Shown here in pieces: positions 1-8,805 of a stretch of 40,308 bases of DNA; the first letter of the stretch is position 1, and the number at the start of each line of letters is the position of its first letter. The translations under genes and the position numbers were made by a program. The notes beneath the pieces were generated by a model that saw only the letters and a program-made list of their open reading frames with translations, searched no databases and had not been told where the DNA came from. This stretch comes from a virus (lineage: Duplodnaviria; Caudoviricetes), in the IMG/VR virus record IMGVR_UViG_3300022178_002955, positions 1 to 40,308 of that record; one strand, 5' to 3'.

Positions 1-476
1 GTGTAGCAGATCACCCATTAACAAATGGTGGAACTCTAGACAATGTTGCAGCAGCAGATCTTAACGAAACATCTTTAGAAGATGCATTAATCAATATTGC
101 AGGTTTTACAGATGAGCGTGGATTAATTATTGCACTAAGAGGCATGAAGTTAATTATACCTCGTCAGTTACAATTTGTAGCAGAAAGATTGATGGCTTCT
201 AATATGAGACCAGGAACAGCAGACAACGATGTCAACGCTGTGCAGTCAATGGGCATGTTACCAAATGGTTATGTGATCAATGACTTCTTGACTGATACAG
301 ATGCTTTCTTCATTAAGACAGATGCTCCAAATGGTCTAAAACATTTTGAGAGAATGGCTATGGCTACTGCTATGGATCCAGATTTCGAGACAGGAAACAT
401 GAGATATAAGGCAAGAGAAAGATATTCTTTTGGTTTCTCTGATCCTCGTGCCGTGTTTGGTTCACCAGGAGCGTAA
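1..476 (+). CDS. Major capsid protein, C-terminal part (5'-truncated by the window)
   Basis: Frame is open from nt 3 (VADHPLTNGG..DLNETSLEDALINIAGFTDERG) through DFETGNMRYKARERYSFGFSDPRAVFGSPGA, typical of HK97-fold/Mu gpT-like capsids of marine phages; a terminator follows. The ORF-track start at 144 is internal. Confidence 0.9.
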   Translation, partial: VADHPLTNGGTLDNVAAADLNETSLEDALINIAGFTDERGLIIALRGMKLIIPRQLQFVAERLMASNMRPGTADNDVNAVQSMGMLPNGYVINDFLTDTDAFFIKTDAPNGLKHFERMAMATAMDPDFETGNMRYKARERYSFGFSDPRAVFGSPGA

Positions 477-495
477 GCTTAAATACAATTTAAAC

Positions 496-524
496 AAAAG
501 GGCAGTTACATACTGCCCTTTTTT
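496..524 (+). terminator. Rho-independent terminator after the capsid gene (potentially bidirectional)
   Basis: AAAAGGGCAGT-TACAT-ACTGCCCTTTTTT: perfect stem, T-tract 3', A-tract 5'. Confidence 0.85.
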
Positions 525-592
525 GTGTATAATAAACTAAACCTTGACAGTTACATGGTGTAACTGACATTTGCCAAGACAAGGAGATTGAT
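506..592 (+). promoter_or_regulatory. Putative promoter (-10 TATAAT at 528-533) and structured 5' leader of gene 593
   Basis: TATAAT 528-533; hairpin CAGTTACA-TGG-TGTAACTG (548-566); outer pairing CCTTG(542-546)/CAAGG(580-584) overlaps the SD AGGAG (582-586). Confidence 0.55.
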
Positions 593-1219
593 ATGGCTAA
601 TACAACTTTTTCGGGTCCAGTCCGATCTGAAGGTGGTTTTACTACAATAAGTAAAGACGCTACAACTGGAGCAATTACTACACAATCAAGCATTAACTCA
701 AGTGGTTTTGCATCTATGGATGCGAATACAATGGCAGTAGAAGCTGGAACTGGTATAACAACTGGCTCTGGAACTATCTACAGAAGCTCTGTTCAAAGAG
801 TTGGTGGGATTATCACAACAAGAATTTTAATTGACTTAACTGGTTTGAGATCAACTGGTGGAGCTGATATTATTGGTGTAAACGGAACTGCATTGGTTTG
901 TCACATTGGTCAAATAACTGCCGCAAGAAATGGTACAATCTTAACAGGTAGCATGGAGTGTTTTGAAGCACCAGCAGGTGGTGATCCAGACATTAACGTA
1001 CACTCTGCAACAGAAGGTACTGGTGTTGAAGACGGAGCTATTGGTGATTTAACAGAAACATTGCTAGTTAACTCTGGTGACGCAACATTAGGAAGTAAAG
1101 TTTACTTTACTGCCGTTCCAGCCGCAGATCAATTCTTATACTTAACAACTGGAGCTGCAACTGATGCAGATTACACAGCAGGTAAGTTATTCATTGAATT
1201 AATGGGATATGCAGCTTAA
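593..1219 (+). CDS. Virion structural protein (putative capsid decoration/minor capsid)
   Basis: SD AGGAG; MANTTFSGPVRS N-terminus; Thr/Gly/Ala-rich beta protein directly after the capsid gene. Confidence 0.65.
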   Translation: MANTTFSGPVRSEGGFTTISKDATTGAITTQSSINSSGFASMDANTMAVEAGTGITTGSGTIYRSSVQRVGGIITTRILIDLTGLRSTGGADIIGVNGTALVCHIGQITAARNGTILTGSMECFEAPAGGDPDINVHSATEGTGVEDGAIGDLTETLLVNSGDATLGSKVYFTAVPAADQFLYLTTGAATDADYTAGKLFIELMGYAA

Positions 1220-1231
1220 TAGGAGGTTATA

Positions 1232-1519
1232 ATGGCAGGATCAAGATCTGACGTAAAAGCCTTTAATGTGAATCAAGGAGCCTCCGCTGCTGTGGTAGGA
1301 CCTGCAAGATCTAGAATAAGACAAATAGTCGTATTTGGTAATTCTGCTGGTGCTCTTACTATAACAGACGGTAATGGTGGATCTAGCTTGATAGTGCAAA
1401 GTTTTCCAACTGGATTACATACTCTTAATATTCCAGACAATGGTATATTAGCAGAGAGTGGTGCGTATCTATCTGCGTTCACTGGCAGCGGTAACAAGTT
1501 GACTATATTCTTATCGTAA
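1232..1519 (+). CDS. Small virion structural protein
   Basis: SD AGGAGG; beta-rich; head module position. Confidence 0.6.
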   Translation: MAGSRSDVKAFNVNQGASAAVVGPARSRIRQIVVFGNSAGALTITDGNGGSSLIVQSFPTGLHTLNIPDNGILAESGAYLSAFTGSGNKLTIFLS

Positions 1520-1803
1520 TGACTAGAAAAAGAGACAAACAACCGCCTAAGACAAAAAAATATTTCCGCTCCACTAAATCTGGAGCGGGAATGACTGCAA
1601 AGGGTGTTGCTAAATATCGTAGGGATAATCCCGGTAGTAAACTAAAAACAGCTGTTACTGGTAAAGTGAAAAAAGGTAGCAAGGCTGCAAACAGACGCAA
1701 ATCTTATTGTGCACGATCAGCAGGGCAAATGAAAAAGTTTCCTAAAGCTGCAAAAAATCCTAACAGTCGTTTAAGACAAGCGAGGCGTAGATGGAAGTGC
1801 TAA
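1519..1803 (+). CDS. Small highly basic protein (RRKSYCARS motif)
   Basis: TAATG coupling; very K/R-rich; motifs GMTAKGV, RRKSYCARS, SRLRQARRRWKC recur in marine phage head modules. Confidence 0.75.
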   Translation: MTRKRDKQPPKTKKYFRSTKSGAGMTAKGVAKYRRDNPGSKLKTAVTGKVKKGSKAANRRKSYCARSAGQMKKFPKAAKNPNSRLRQARRRWKC

Positions 1804-2039
1804 AAATAAAACAATTAATAAATGGTGTTTCTGTAATTCTTGTTGCGGGTTCTATTGTTTGGATAGTTACAACTCTTATTGAAGTAGATAAGAGAACAGC
1901 GTTAACAGAAATGAAAGTTTCTGAAAACCACAAAATGATAAAGCCTTTGTGGGAAAGTTTTATTAGGAGAAACACAAATGGTCATGTCGAGAAGCTCGAT
2001 GAGCAAACAGATTTCAAAGTCCGTTTCAAGTGGAAATAG
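1791..2039 (+). CDS. Small membrane protein (one N-terminal TM helix)
   Basis: Hydrophobic GVSVILVAGSIVWIVTTLI followed by a charged coil. Confidence 0.55.
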   Translation: MEVLKIKQLINGVSVILVAGSIVWIVTTLIEVDKRTALTEMKVSENHKMIKPLWESFIRRNTNGHVEKLDEQTDFKVRFKWK

Positions 2040-2094
2040 AAAAAGAAAAAAGAGAAAAAGAAAAACAAAAAATATTCAAAGGAAGTCCTGTTAA
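1978..2094 (+). CDS. 38-aa basic peptide MVMSRSSMSKQISKSVSSGNRKRKKRKRKTKNIQRKSC (not in ORF track)
   Basis: SD AGGAG at 1965-1969, ATG 1978, TAA ends 2094; translated by hand. Confidence 0.6.
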   Translation: MVMSRSSMSKQISKSVSSGNRKRKKRKRKTKNIQRKSC

Positions 2095-2212
2095 GTATTG
2101 TTTAAAATGTGGACGAAAAAAATGGTCTTGTAGATGTTATAGGGTCAGTGGATTTGAGGAGTTAAGAAATGCCAAAAGACGCATGTTATCACAAGGTAAA
2201 AGCAAGGTTTAA
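2030..2212 (+). CDS. Hypothetical basic protein with CxxC..CxC
   Basis: YCLKCGRKKWSCRC; overlaps its neighbours and lacks a clear SD, so it may be spurious. Confidence 0.3.
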   Translation: MEIEKEKREKEKQKIFKGSPVKYCLKCGRKKWSCRCYRVSGFEELRNAKRRMLSQGKSKV

Positions 2213-2465
2213 AGTTTTTCCAAGTGCTTATGCTGGAGGTGCCATTGCAAAGTGTCGCAAGGTAGGTGCGGCAAATTATGGTAATAAGACAAAGAAAAAA
2301 GACGGTGGTCTTTTAGATGCCATAAAAAATGTTAAAGATAAACAGGCTGTTATAAAAGCATCAAATGGTAAAGCATATAGAAAACGAAAAACAAACAATC
2401 CTAAAATTGCAAGAGGCTGTGGGAATGTTTTAAATGAAAGACGTAAAAAAACAAAGATTACATAA
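2169..2465 (+). CDS. Small basic protein (DACYHKVK..FPSAYA..AKCRK)
   Basis: SD GAGGAG; recognisable phage motif; C-terminal IARGCG..RRKKTK. Confidence 0.75.
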   Translation: MPKDACYHKVKARFKVFPSAYAGGAIAKCRKVGAANYGNKTKKKDGGLLDAIKNVKDKQAVIKASNGKAYRKRKTNNPKIARGCGNVLNERRKKTKIT

Positions 2466-2743
2466 TGGCTGTTAGAAAAACAAAAAAAGGATTAGCCTTA
2501 AAGAGATGGTTTAAGGAGGATTGGAAAGATGTTAAAACAGGCAAAGCTTGTGGTCGTCAAAAAGGTGAAAAGAGGGGTACGCCTTATTGCCGTCCAACTA
2601 AAAGAGTGTCTAAGAAAACTCCGAAAACTGCTTCGGAGATGACTTCTACTGAAAAACGTAGTAGAATAAGACAGAAGAATAAATTAGGTCAACCAGCAGG
2701 TGCACCTAGAAGAGTAAAGTCGTTAAGAAGAAAGAAGAAGTAA
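2465..2743 (+). CDS. Small basic protein (LKRWFKEDW..CGR..PYCRP)
   Basis: TAATG coupling; K/R-rich with a recognisable phage motif. Confidence 0.75.
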   Translation: MAVRKTKKGLALKRWFKEDWKDVKTGKACGRQKGEKRGTPYCRPTKRVSKKTPKTASEMTSTEKRSRIRQKNKLGQPAGAPRRVKSLRRKKK

Positions 2744-3409
2744 ATGGCAACTTCAAACTCAAGAGATTTCGACTTAGATGTCGGTGAAATAATAGAAGAG
2801 GCTTATGAGCGTTGTGGCTTAGAGATGCGTACTGGCTATGATGCAAAAACTGCTAGACGTTCTATGAACCTTATGTTTGCTGATTGGGCAAACAGAGGAC
2901 TGAACATGTGGACAGTTACACAAGACACTAAATCTATTACTTCTGGTACGGCAACTTATTCTTTCGATGCTACTCATGTCGATCTTTTGGAAGTTGTTTT
3001 AAGAAATAGCAGTGGTACTGATTTTACTTTAACTCAAATGAGTCGAAGTGAGTATCTAACTATTCCGAACAAGACGACTACTGGTCAACCAAGTCAATAT
3101 TTCTTTGATAGACAAGTTACTCCTACAATAACTTTGTGGGCAACACCAAATGCTACATATACTCTTGTTTATTATTATGTAAGACGTATTCAAGATGCAG
3201 ATACTTTAATCAATACAACCGATGCTCCATTTAGATTTTTACCATGTGCTGTCGCAGGTCTTGCTTATTATTTAGCAATGAAAAGAGCACCAGATAGGGT
3301 TCAATTATTAAAAGCCGTTTATGAAGAAGAGTTTCAACGAGCAGCAGCCGAGGATGCAAATAGCACTCCTTTAAAATTAACACCTAGCATGACATACTAT
3401 AGTTACTAA
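2744..3409 (+). CDS. Head-tail adaptor / tail tubular protein A-like
   Basis: IIEEAYERCG, ARRSMNLMFADWANRGLN, GQPSQYF, LWATP, LAYYLA pattern of podovirus adaptor proteins. Confidence 0.75.
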   Translation: MATSNSRDFDLDVGEIIEEAYERCGLEMRTGYDAKTARRSMNLMFADWANRGLNMWTVTQDTKSITSGTATYSFDATHVDLLEVVLRNSSGTDFTLTQMSRSEYLTIPNKTTTGQPSQYFFDRQVTPTITLWATPNATYTLVYYYVRRIQDADTLINTTDAPFRFLPCAVAGLAYYLAMKRAPDRVQLLKAVYEEEFQRAAAEDANSTPLKLTPSMTYYSY

Positions 3410-3410
3410 T

Positions 3411-3911
3411 ATGGCAAGATACGCAACAGGAAAAAAATCATGGGGATATTCAGATAGATCTGGCTTTCGTTATCGTTTGAGAGAGATGAAAACAGAATGG
3501 AATGGATTGAAAGTAGGACCTGATGAGTATGAAGCTAAACATCCACAGTTACAACCTAATCATCCTGGACCAGATCCGACAGCCTTGTATCAACCACGAG
3601 TTGACGGAAGGACAGAAGTGACCGTAGAGAATCTTCTTGGTTTGAATCCGTTTACTAGTACAGCTAGTAGTGCCGTGATAACAGTGTTGGAACCATCTCA
3701 TGGTAGGTCAACAAGTGATACTGTTAGATTTAGAAATGCATCTAGCTTTGATGGATTTACAAAAGCTATACTTGAAAGTGCAAGTGGCTATAGTATAACT
3801 AAGGTTGATGACGATAGATATAGTTTTTCTGCTAGTAGTGGTACGGCAACAAGTGGAGTAAAAGGTGGTGGTGGTAGAATTACTGCTGGCCCAGTTACAT
3901 TGGGGACATAA
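3411..3911 (+). CDS. Neck/virion protein with a C-terminal beta domain (ITV.EPSHG type)
   Basis: N-terminus DRSGFRY..EWNGLKV..KHPQL; C-terminal domain resembles one inside 16336..18471. Confidence 0.6.
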   Translation: MARYATGKKSWGYSDRSGFRYRLREMKTEWNGLKVGPDEYEAKHPQLQPNHPGPDPTALYQPRVDGRTEVTVENLLGLNPFTSTASSAVITVLEPSHGRSTSDTVRFRNASSFDGFTKAILESASGYSITKVDDDRYSFSASSGTATSGVKGGGGRITAGPVTLGT

Positions 3912-4559
3912 ATGAGTTTTACATTAGCAACATTAAAGACAGCAATACAAGATTACGCAGATAATAGTGAAACATCTTTTGTCAATAACTTACCTAATTT
4001 TATTAAAGCTTCCGAAGAAAAAATTTTTAAAAGTATTGATTTAGATATTTTTAGAAAAAATGTAACAAGTGCGTTTACATCATCTGATGCTTTTTTAACA
4101 GTACCTGCTGATTACCTAGCTTCGTTTTCTTTGCAGATAACAACGTCTGGTTCTGAAGATTTTTTACTTCAGAAGGATGTAAACTTTATAAGAGAGTATG
4201 CACCTAGTTCTTCTACAACTGGAGTTCCAAAATACTATGCACGATTTGACGAAGATAATTTTATAGTAGCACCTACTCCAAACTCTAATTATACACTACA
4301 ATTAAACTATTACTTTAGACCAGCTAGTTTGACCGCAGGTGCCGACAGTGGTACAACTTGGATTAGTACAAACGCTCCGTTTGCTTTGTTATATGGTTCT
4401 TTGGTAGAGGCTTCTATCTTTATGAAGAGTGAGCCAGATACTATACAAAGCTATAATGGATTGTACGGACAGTATTTAGAGAGACTAAAAGACTTAGGTG
4501 AAGCAAGAGAAAACACAGACGGATATAGAGTTGGTCTACCATCAAGACCAAGAACTTAG
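3912..4559 (+). CDS. Second adaptor / tail tubular-like protein
   Basis: LKTAIQDY, GVPKYYA, APTPNSNY, LLYGSLVEA; apparent paralogue of 2744..3409. Confidence 0.7.
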   Translation: MSFTLATLKTAIQDYADNSETSFVNNLPNFIKASEEKIFKSIDLDIFRKNVTSAFTSSDAFLTVPADYLASFSLQITTSGSEDFLLQKDVNFIREYAPSSSTTGVPKYYARFDEDNFIVAPTPNSNYTLQLNYYFRPASLTAGADSGTTWISTNAPFALLYGSLVEASIFMKSEPDTIQSYNGLYGQYLERLKDLGEARENTDGYRVGLPSRPRT

Positions 4560-4568
4560 GAGTAAAAA

Positions 4569-5000
4569 ATGGCAACAGCAAATGCATCAACCAATTATCT
4601 AGAGAGAAGAATATTACATTATATATTCAAGAATAACTCTCTTAGTTTTTCATCCCCTGGAGATAGTATTTATGTAGGACTTGCAACGGCAGTAAGTGCG
4701 GCTGAAACAGGTTCTGTCACAGAGGCAAACTTTACAAACTACGCAAGGCAACAAGTAGCTGCTTCTGGTTGGACAACTATAGGAGCAGATTCAACAGATA
4801 CACAAACCGCAACTAATGCAGCGAACATTGAGTTTCCAGCATCGGGTGGAACAAACAATACAATAACACATGTGTTTGTTGTAGACGCTTCAAGCAGTGG
4901 TAATATATTATTTGTAGGAGCTTTGGATGCTAGTAAGGTTATAGCTTCTGGAGATATTTTTAGAATTAATGCAGGGAATCTAACAATAGAGTTGAAGTAA
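4569..5000 (+). CDS. Tail structural protein
   Basis: SD AGGAG; NYLE..IL, YVGL, YARQ, GNILF.GAL, GDIFRINAGNLTI pattern of phage tail proteins. Confidence 0.65.
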   Translation: MATANASTNYLERRILHYIFKNNSLSFSSPGDSIYVGLATAVSAAETGSVTEANFTNYARQQVAASGWTTIGADSTDTQTATNAANIEFPASGGTNNTITHVFVVDASSSGNILFVGALDASKVIASGDIFRINAGNLTIELK

Positions 5001-6232
5001 TGGCGTTAGTAATATCAGACAGAGTAAAGGAAACTACCACCACAACTGGCACTGGCACATATACTTTAGGTGGTGCCGTTGCAGGCTTTGAGACGTTTAC
5101 TACTAATTTAAGTAATTCTGATACAACTTACTATTGTTGTACTGATGGTACAGACTTTGAAGTTGGTTTGGGTACATTTACATCTTCTGGAACTACATTA
5201 GCTAGAACGACAGTCATATCTAGTTCTAATTCAAATAACGCAGTAAGTTGGTCATCTGGCACAAGAACATTGTTCTGTACTTTACCTGCGACAAAAACAA
5301 TAGTGCTAGATGCAAGTGGAAACGCATCGGTAGGTGGAACTGTTACAGCAACAGGTACATCAGTATTTACAAACTTAGATATTTCTGGTGACGTTGATAT
5401 TGATGGAACACTGGAAGCAGATGCAATCACAGTTAATGGCACAGCATTAAATACTGTTATCGCAGGTGTTACAGTAACAAATGCAACCAACGCAACCAAC
5501 GCAACAAACTCTTCTCATGTTTTGGTTACAGATAATGAAAGCACAAGCGAAGAAAACTTAATTACATTTGTAGAAGACGCAACATCAAGCACTGGTAATG
5601 TAGGATTGGAGATGGATGGAAATCTTTCTTATAATCCTAGTTCTGGAACTGTAACGGCTACAATATTTAAAGGCAATATTGACGCAGTGGATGGAGATTT
5701 TGACGGAACATTAGAAGCTGACGCTATTACTGTTGGTGGAACTGCTTTAGCTACAGTTATTGCAGGCACAACAGTTACTACGGCTACAAATGCAAATCAT
5801 GTAAGCGTTGCAGATAATGAGAATACAAACGAAGAAAACTTAATACCTTTTATTGAAGATACTTCTGCTACTGGAAACGTAGGGTTAGAATCTGATGGTG
5901 ACTTTGCATATAACCCAAGCACTGGTACAGTAACAGCTACAATCTTTAAAGGTAATATAGATGCCGTAGATGGTGACTTTGATGGTACATTAGAGGCAGA
6001 TGCTATTACGTTAAATGGCACGGCAGTAACTGCTACTGCAACTTTATCCACAGGTATATCGAACACAAATGTAGCACAGTTTGGATCGGGTGTAGCAGAT
6101 AATGATTTTTTAAGAGTAGACGGCACAACCATAGAAGGCAGAAGTGCTAGTGAAGTATTAAGTGATATAGGTGCAACAACAGCAGCGTTAGCAGCAGACG
6201 AGGCAACAGCATTAGCAATAGCGTTAGGATAA
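5000..6232 (+). CDS. Tail fibre (proximal) with internal repeats
   Basis: DRVKETTTTTGTG N-terminus; about 95-aa internal repeats; ends ALAIALG. Confidence 0.75.
   Translation: MALVISDRVKETTTTTGTGTYTLGGAVAGFETFTTNLSNSDTTYYCCTDGTDFEVGLGTFTSSGTTLARTTVISSSNSNNAVSWSSGTRTLFCTLPATKTIVLDASGNASVGGTVTATGTSVFTNLDISGDVDIDGTLEADAITVNGTALNTVIAGVTVTNATNATNATNSSHVLVTDNESTSEENLITFVEDATSSTGNVGLEMDGNLSYNPSSGTVTATIFKGNIDAVDGDFDGTLEADAITVGGTALATVIAGTTVTTATNANHVSVADNENTNEENLIPFIEDTSATGNVGLESDGDFAYNPSTGTVTATIFKGNIDAVDGDFDGTLEADAITLNGTAVTATATLSTGISNTNVAQFGSGVADNDFLRVDGTTIEGRSASEVLSDIGATTAALAADEATALAIALG
5402..6020 (+). repeat. Intragenic tandem repeat, about 2.2 copies (periods 300 and 279 nt)
   Basis: DGTLEADAIT starts at 5402, 5702 and 5981; EENLI.F.ED..STGNVGLE.DG...YNPS.GTVTATIFKGNIDAVDGDF occurs twice. 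Confidence 0.9.
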
Positions 6233-6236
6233 TAAT

Positions 6237-6602
6237 ATGGCAAATACATTTAAAGTCGTTACTTTTGCAGCCGAGCCTGCTTCAAGCGGAACTCCGTATG
6301 TAGTCTACACGGCAGCAAGTAGCACAACAACAATCGTACTTGGATTGGTATTATCAAACATACATACCTCTCAAGTTACTGCCACAGTTAGATTAGTAAG
6401 TGATACTGCAAACAGAGCGGTAACAAACAATACGGCAAACGGCACAAGTGTTATTGTTAAAGACGCACCTATTCCAGTTGGATCTGCCCTAGAACTTATG
6501 GCTGGAAATAAAGTTGTATTAGAAACTACAGACCAGATTACTGTGGACTGTAGCGTAGCTGATAAGCTATCAGGAACATTGAGTATTATGGAGATCACAT
6601 AA
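6237..6602 (+). CDS. Tail fibre connector-like small beta protein
   Basis: MANTFK start, ends SIMEIT; similar to 18471..18863. Confidence 0.65.
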   Translation: MANTFKVVTFAAEPASSGTPYVVYTAASSTTTIVLGLVLSNIHTSQVTATVRLVSDTANRAVTNNTANGTSVIVKDAPIPVGSALELMAGNKVVLETTDQITVDCSVADKLSGTLSIMEIT

Positions 6603-7051
6603 TGGCTTTTATTGGTGTATCACCAGTTACAAACTTTGAAACGACTACTGCCGTACAAAGATTCAATGGCGATGGATCGGATACCACATTTACATTAACG
6701 ACTGCCGTTAGTTCAGTACAAGATGTTTTGGTTTCTGTAGATGGTGTTGTACAAGATACCGCTGCCTATACTATTCCAGACGGCACAACCTTAACATTTT
6801 CAGCAGCACCTAGTTCTGGAACGGGCAATATCTTTGTAAATTATCTAGCACCACAAACTGGCACAGTTACACCAGCCGCAGAGAACAAAGGTAATTTTAA
6901 GGCAGGTGGTTTGTTTAGAACTAATGCACAAAACTTGACTGCTAATACTACAATACTTGCCACAGAAAATGCACAGGTAACAGGAACACTTACTGTAAAC
7001 AGTGGGATTACATTGACCATTAATGATGGTGGAAGATTGGTGGTGACATGA
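6602..7051 (+). CDS. Tail fibre anchor protein (module A)
   Basis: MAFIG start; FNGDGSDTTFTL..VSVDGVVQ..YTI..TLTFSAAP domain; C-terminal TLTVNSGITLTINDGGRLVV. Confidence 0.7.
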   Translation: MAFIGVSPVTNFETTTAVQRFNGDGSDTTFTLTTAVSSVQDVLVSVDGVVQDTAAYTIPDGTTLTFSAAPSSGTGNIFVNYLAPQTGTVTPAAENKGNFKAGGLFRTNAQNLTANTTILATENAQVTGTLTVNSGITLTINDGGRLVVT

Positions 7052-7497
7052 GTACAATAAAGGTAGATACATATCTAACTCGTGGTGGTGCATCAGAGAT
7101 AGCTATAGATAAACTAAAGGGTGTATCAAGTGCAGGGTCAATGTCTGTTGTTGGAGAAGGTGGTTCAACTACTACCAATTTACAACAAGGGTTGGCTAAA
7201 CATTGGGTAAAATTTGCACCAGATGCTGTTGCTGATGACAGTTTGAACAATAGTAGCATTACAGATACTGATACTGGTAGATTTACTGTAACTAGAACTA
7301 ATAATATGGGAAATACTAATTACGTTGGACAAGTAAATGGTGAATGGACACATGGGTCAGATGCTGGTCTTGCTATTAACTCTGGAGACAATAACACCCT
7401 TACAACTTCTGCTTATGGATGTATTTTTTATACTTCTAGTTTTGCTACTTATGACGTTGATGGTATGGCAGCTTTATTTCACGGAGACCTAGCATGA
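7048..7497 (+). CDS. Fibre-tip paralogue A1 (GDLA family)
   Basis: QQGLAKHW..DSLNNSSITDTDTGRF..HGDLA. Confidence 0.75.
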   Translation: MSTIKVDTYLTRGGASEIAIDKLKGVSSAGSMSVVGEGGSTTTNLQQGLAKHWVKFAPDAVADDSLNNSSITDTDTGRFTVTRTNNMGNTNYVGQVNGEWTHGSDAGLAINSGDNNTLTTSAYGCIFYTSSFATYDVDGMAALFHGDLA

Positions 7498-7934
7498 GTA
7501 CAGTAGTATTAGATACAATCACAGGTAAGTCCACAGCAACAACCATAACCATTGGCTCAACACCTGTAGTTAGTGCAAGTGCAAACTCTATGACTATTAG
7601 AGGTGAGGGTTCAGCACAGACAAGTATTCAGCAAGGGTTGTTAAAGGCATGGGCTAATTTAGACGGCAGTGGTACAGTAGGAGTTAATGACAGTTTTAAC
7701 ACAACTGGTATTACAGATAACGGAACTGGAAATTATACAGTAACTATAGCTAATGATTTGGCTAATGCTAATGGTTGTATGAGTGGTTATAGTATAATGG
7801 ATGGGTTAGTTTATGGAGATAGTAGCAACGTATCTAGTGCTGGAACTTTTCAAATGAGAGTTGTGGTTGGTAACAGTAATAGTTTAATGGACCCTGATGA
7901 GTTTCATGTTCAAATAGCAGGAGACCTAGCATAA
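7494..7934 (+). CDS. Fibre-tip paralogue A2 (GDLA family)
   Basis: QQGLLKAW..DSFNTTGITDNGTGNY..AGDLA. Confidence 0.75.
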   Translation: MSTVVLDTITGKSTATTITIGSTPVVSASANSMTIRGEGSAQTSIQQGLLKAWANLDGSGTVGVNDSFNTTGITDNGTGNYTVTIANDLANANGCMSGYSIMDGLVYGDSSNVSSAGTFQMRVVVGNSNSLMDPDEFHVQIAGDLA

Positions 7935-8320
7935 TGGCAAACGGAACAATAGCATTTGATACATTATCAACAAGTGGACAGATAAGTGGAACAGCTAAGT
8001 CTGTGGATACAGATTATATTGTAAAGGGTAGTGCAAAAACGACAGTAGCTGCAACTGATGCTGCCGTTATACTTGATTCTTTAAATGTTTCAAGTGGAGT
8101 AGACGAAGGCACAGGAGATTATAAGTATAGCTTAACTGCTGCTTTTTCTACATCAGTTCTTTATTTGTGTAATGCAGGAATTTGTCTTGGAGCATCGGCT
8201 GTTGTTAGGACAAAATCAGCAGAAGCAAGTACGATTCTTTTAGACCTCGCAACAATGAACAGTAGTTTTAGTGCTGTAGATTCTTCTCACTCAGTAGCTA
8301 CATTTGGAGACCTCGCATGA
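7934..8320 (+). CDS. Fibre-tip paralogue A3 (GDLA family)
   Basis: GSAK..DSLNVSSGVDEGTGDY..FGDLA. Confidence 0.75.
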   Translation: MANGTIAFDTLSTSGQISGTAKSVDTDYIVKGSAKTTVAATDAAVILDSLNVSSGVDEGTGDYKYSLTAAFSTSVLYLCNAGICLGASAVVRTKSAEASTILLDLATMNSSFSAVDSSHSVATFGDLA

Positions 8321-8805
8321 CAATAGAAACACCAGAATTTCAAGGCACACATCTATGGGATAGACTGTGTTGGGCAAAAGAAAAGCTAGAGCCTTACAGA
8401 ACAGAATATTGTGTTGTATGGGAAGACCCAGAGACACCAGATGAACCTGCAAAAGTGACGCACCCAGATCCTAATTGGATGGCTTGTGCATTGCAGGGTG
8501 GTATTTTACCTCCCGTTGAGGCATACTGGGAGTTAAAGAAGGATGAGGCAAAACCAGATTTTGTAAAACATACAAGAGGGTATTTGCTTCACAACACAAA
8601 GCCTATTGAGGCAATGACAGAAGAACGAGCTATAGAATATTTAATTATGAAAGATATTCCACAACATGTGTGGAAAGATTACGACAAAGCAAATAAACCT
8701 AGAATGGTTATTTGTACTAAACAACAGCTTCCTAGCACTAGAGTATGGCGAAATGCTTGGAAGATTAATGAAGAACTAACCATACAGAAAGAAAAGGTGG
8801 CTTAA
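8317..8805 (+). CDS. Putative tail fibre assembly protein
   Basis: LIMKDIP...LPSTRVWRNAW; non-fibrous composition inside the fibre locus. Confidence 0.55.
   Translation: MTIETPEFQGTHLWDRLCWAKEKLEPYRTEYCVVWEDPETPDEPAKVTHPDPNWMACALQGGILPPVEAYWELKKDEAKPDFVKHTRGYLLHNTKPIEAMTEERAIEYLIMKDIPQHVWKDYDKANKPRMVICTKQQLPSTRVWRNAWKINEELTIQKEKVA

Noticed and set aside
544-549. TTGACA as a -35 element for gene 593
   Set aside because: No plausible -10 at 16-18 nt spacing; more likely part of the leader structure.
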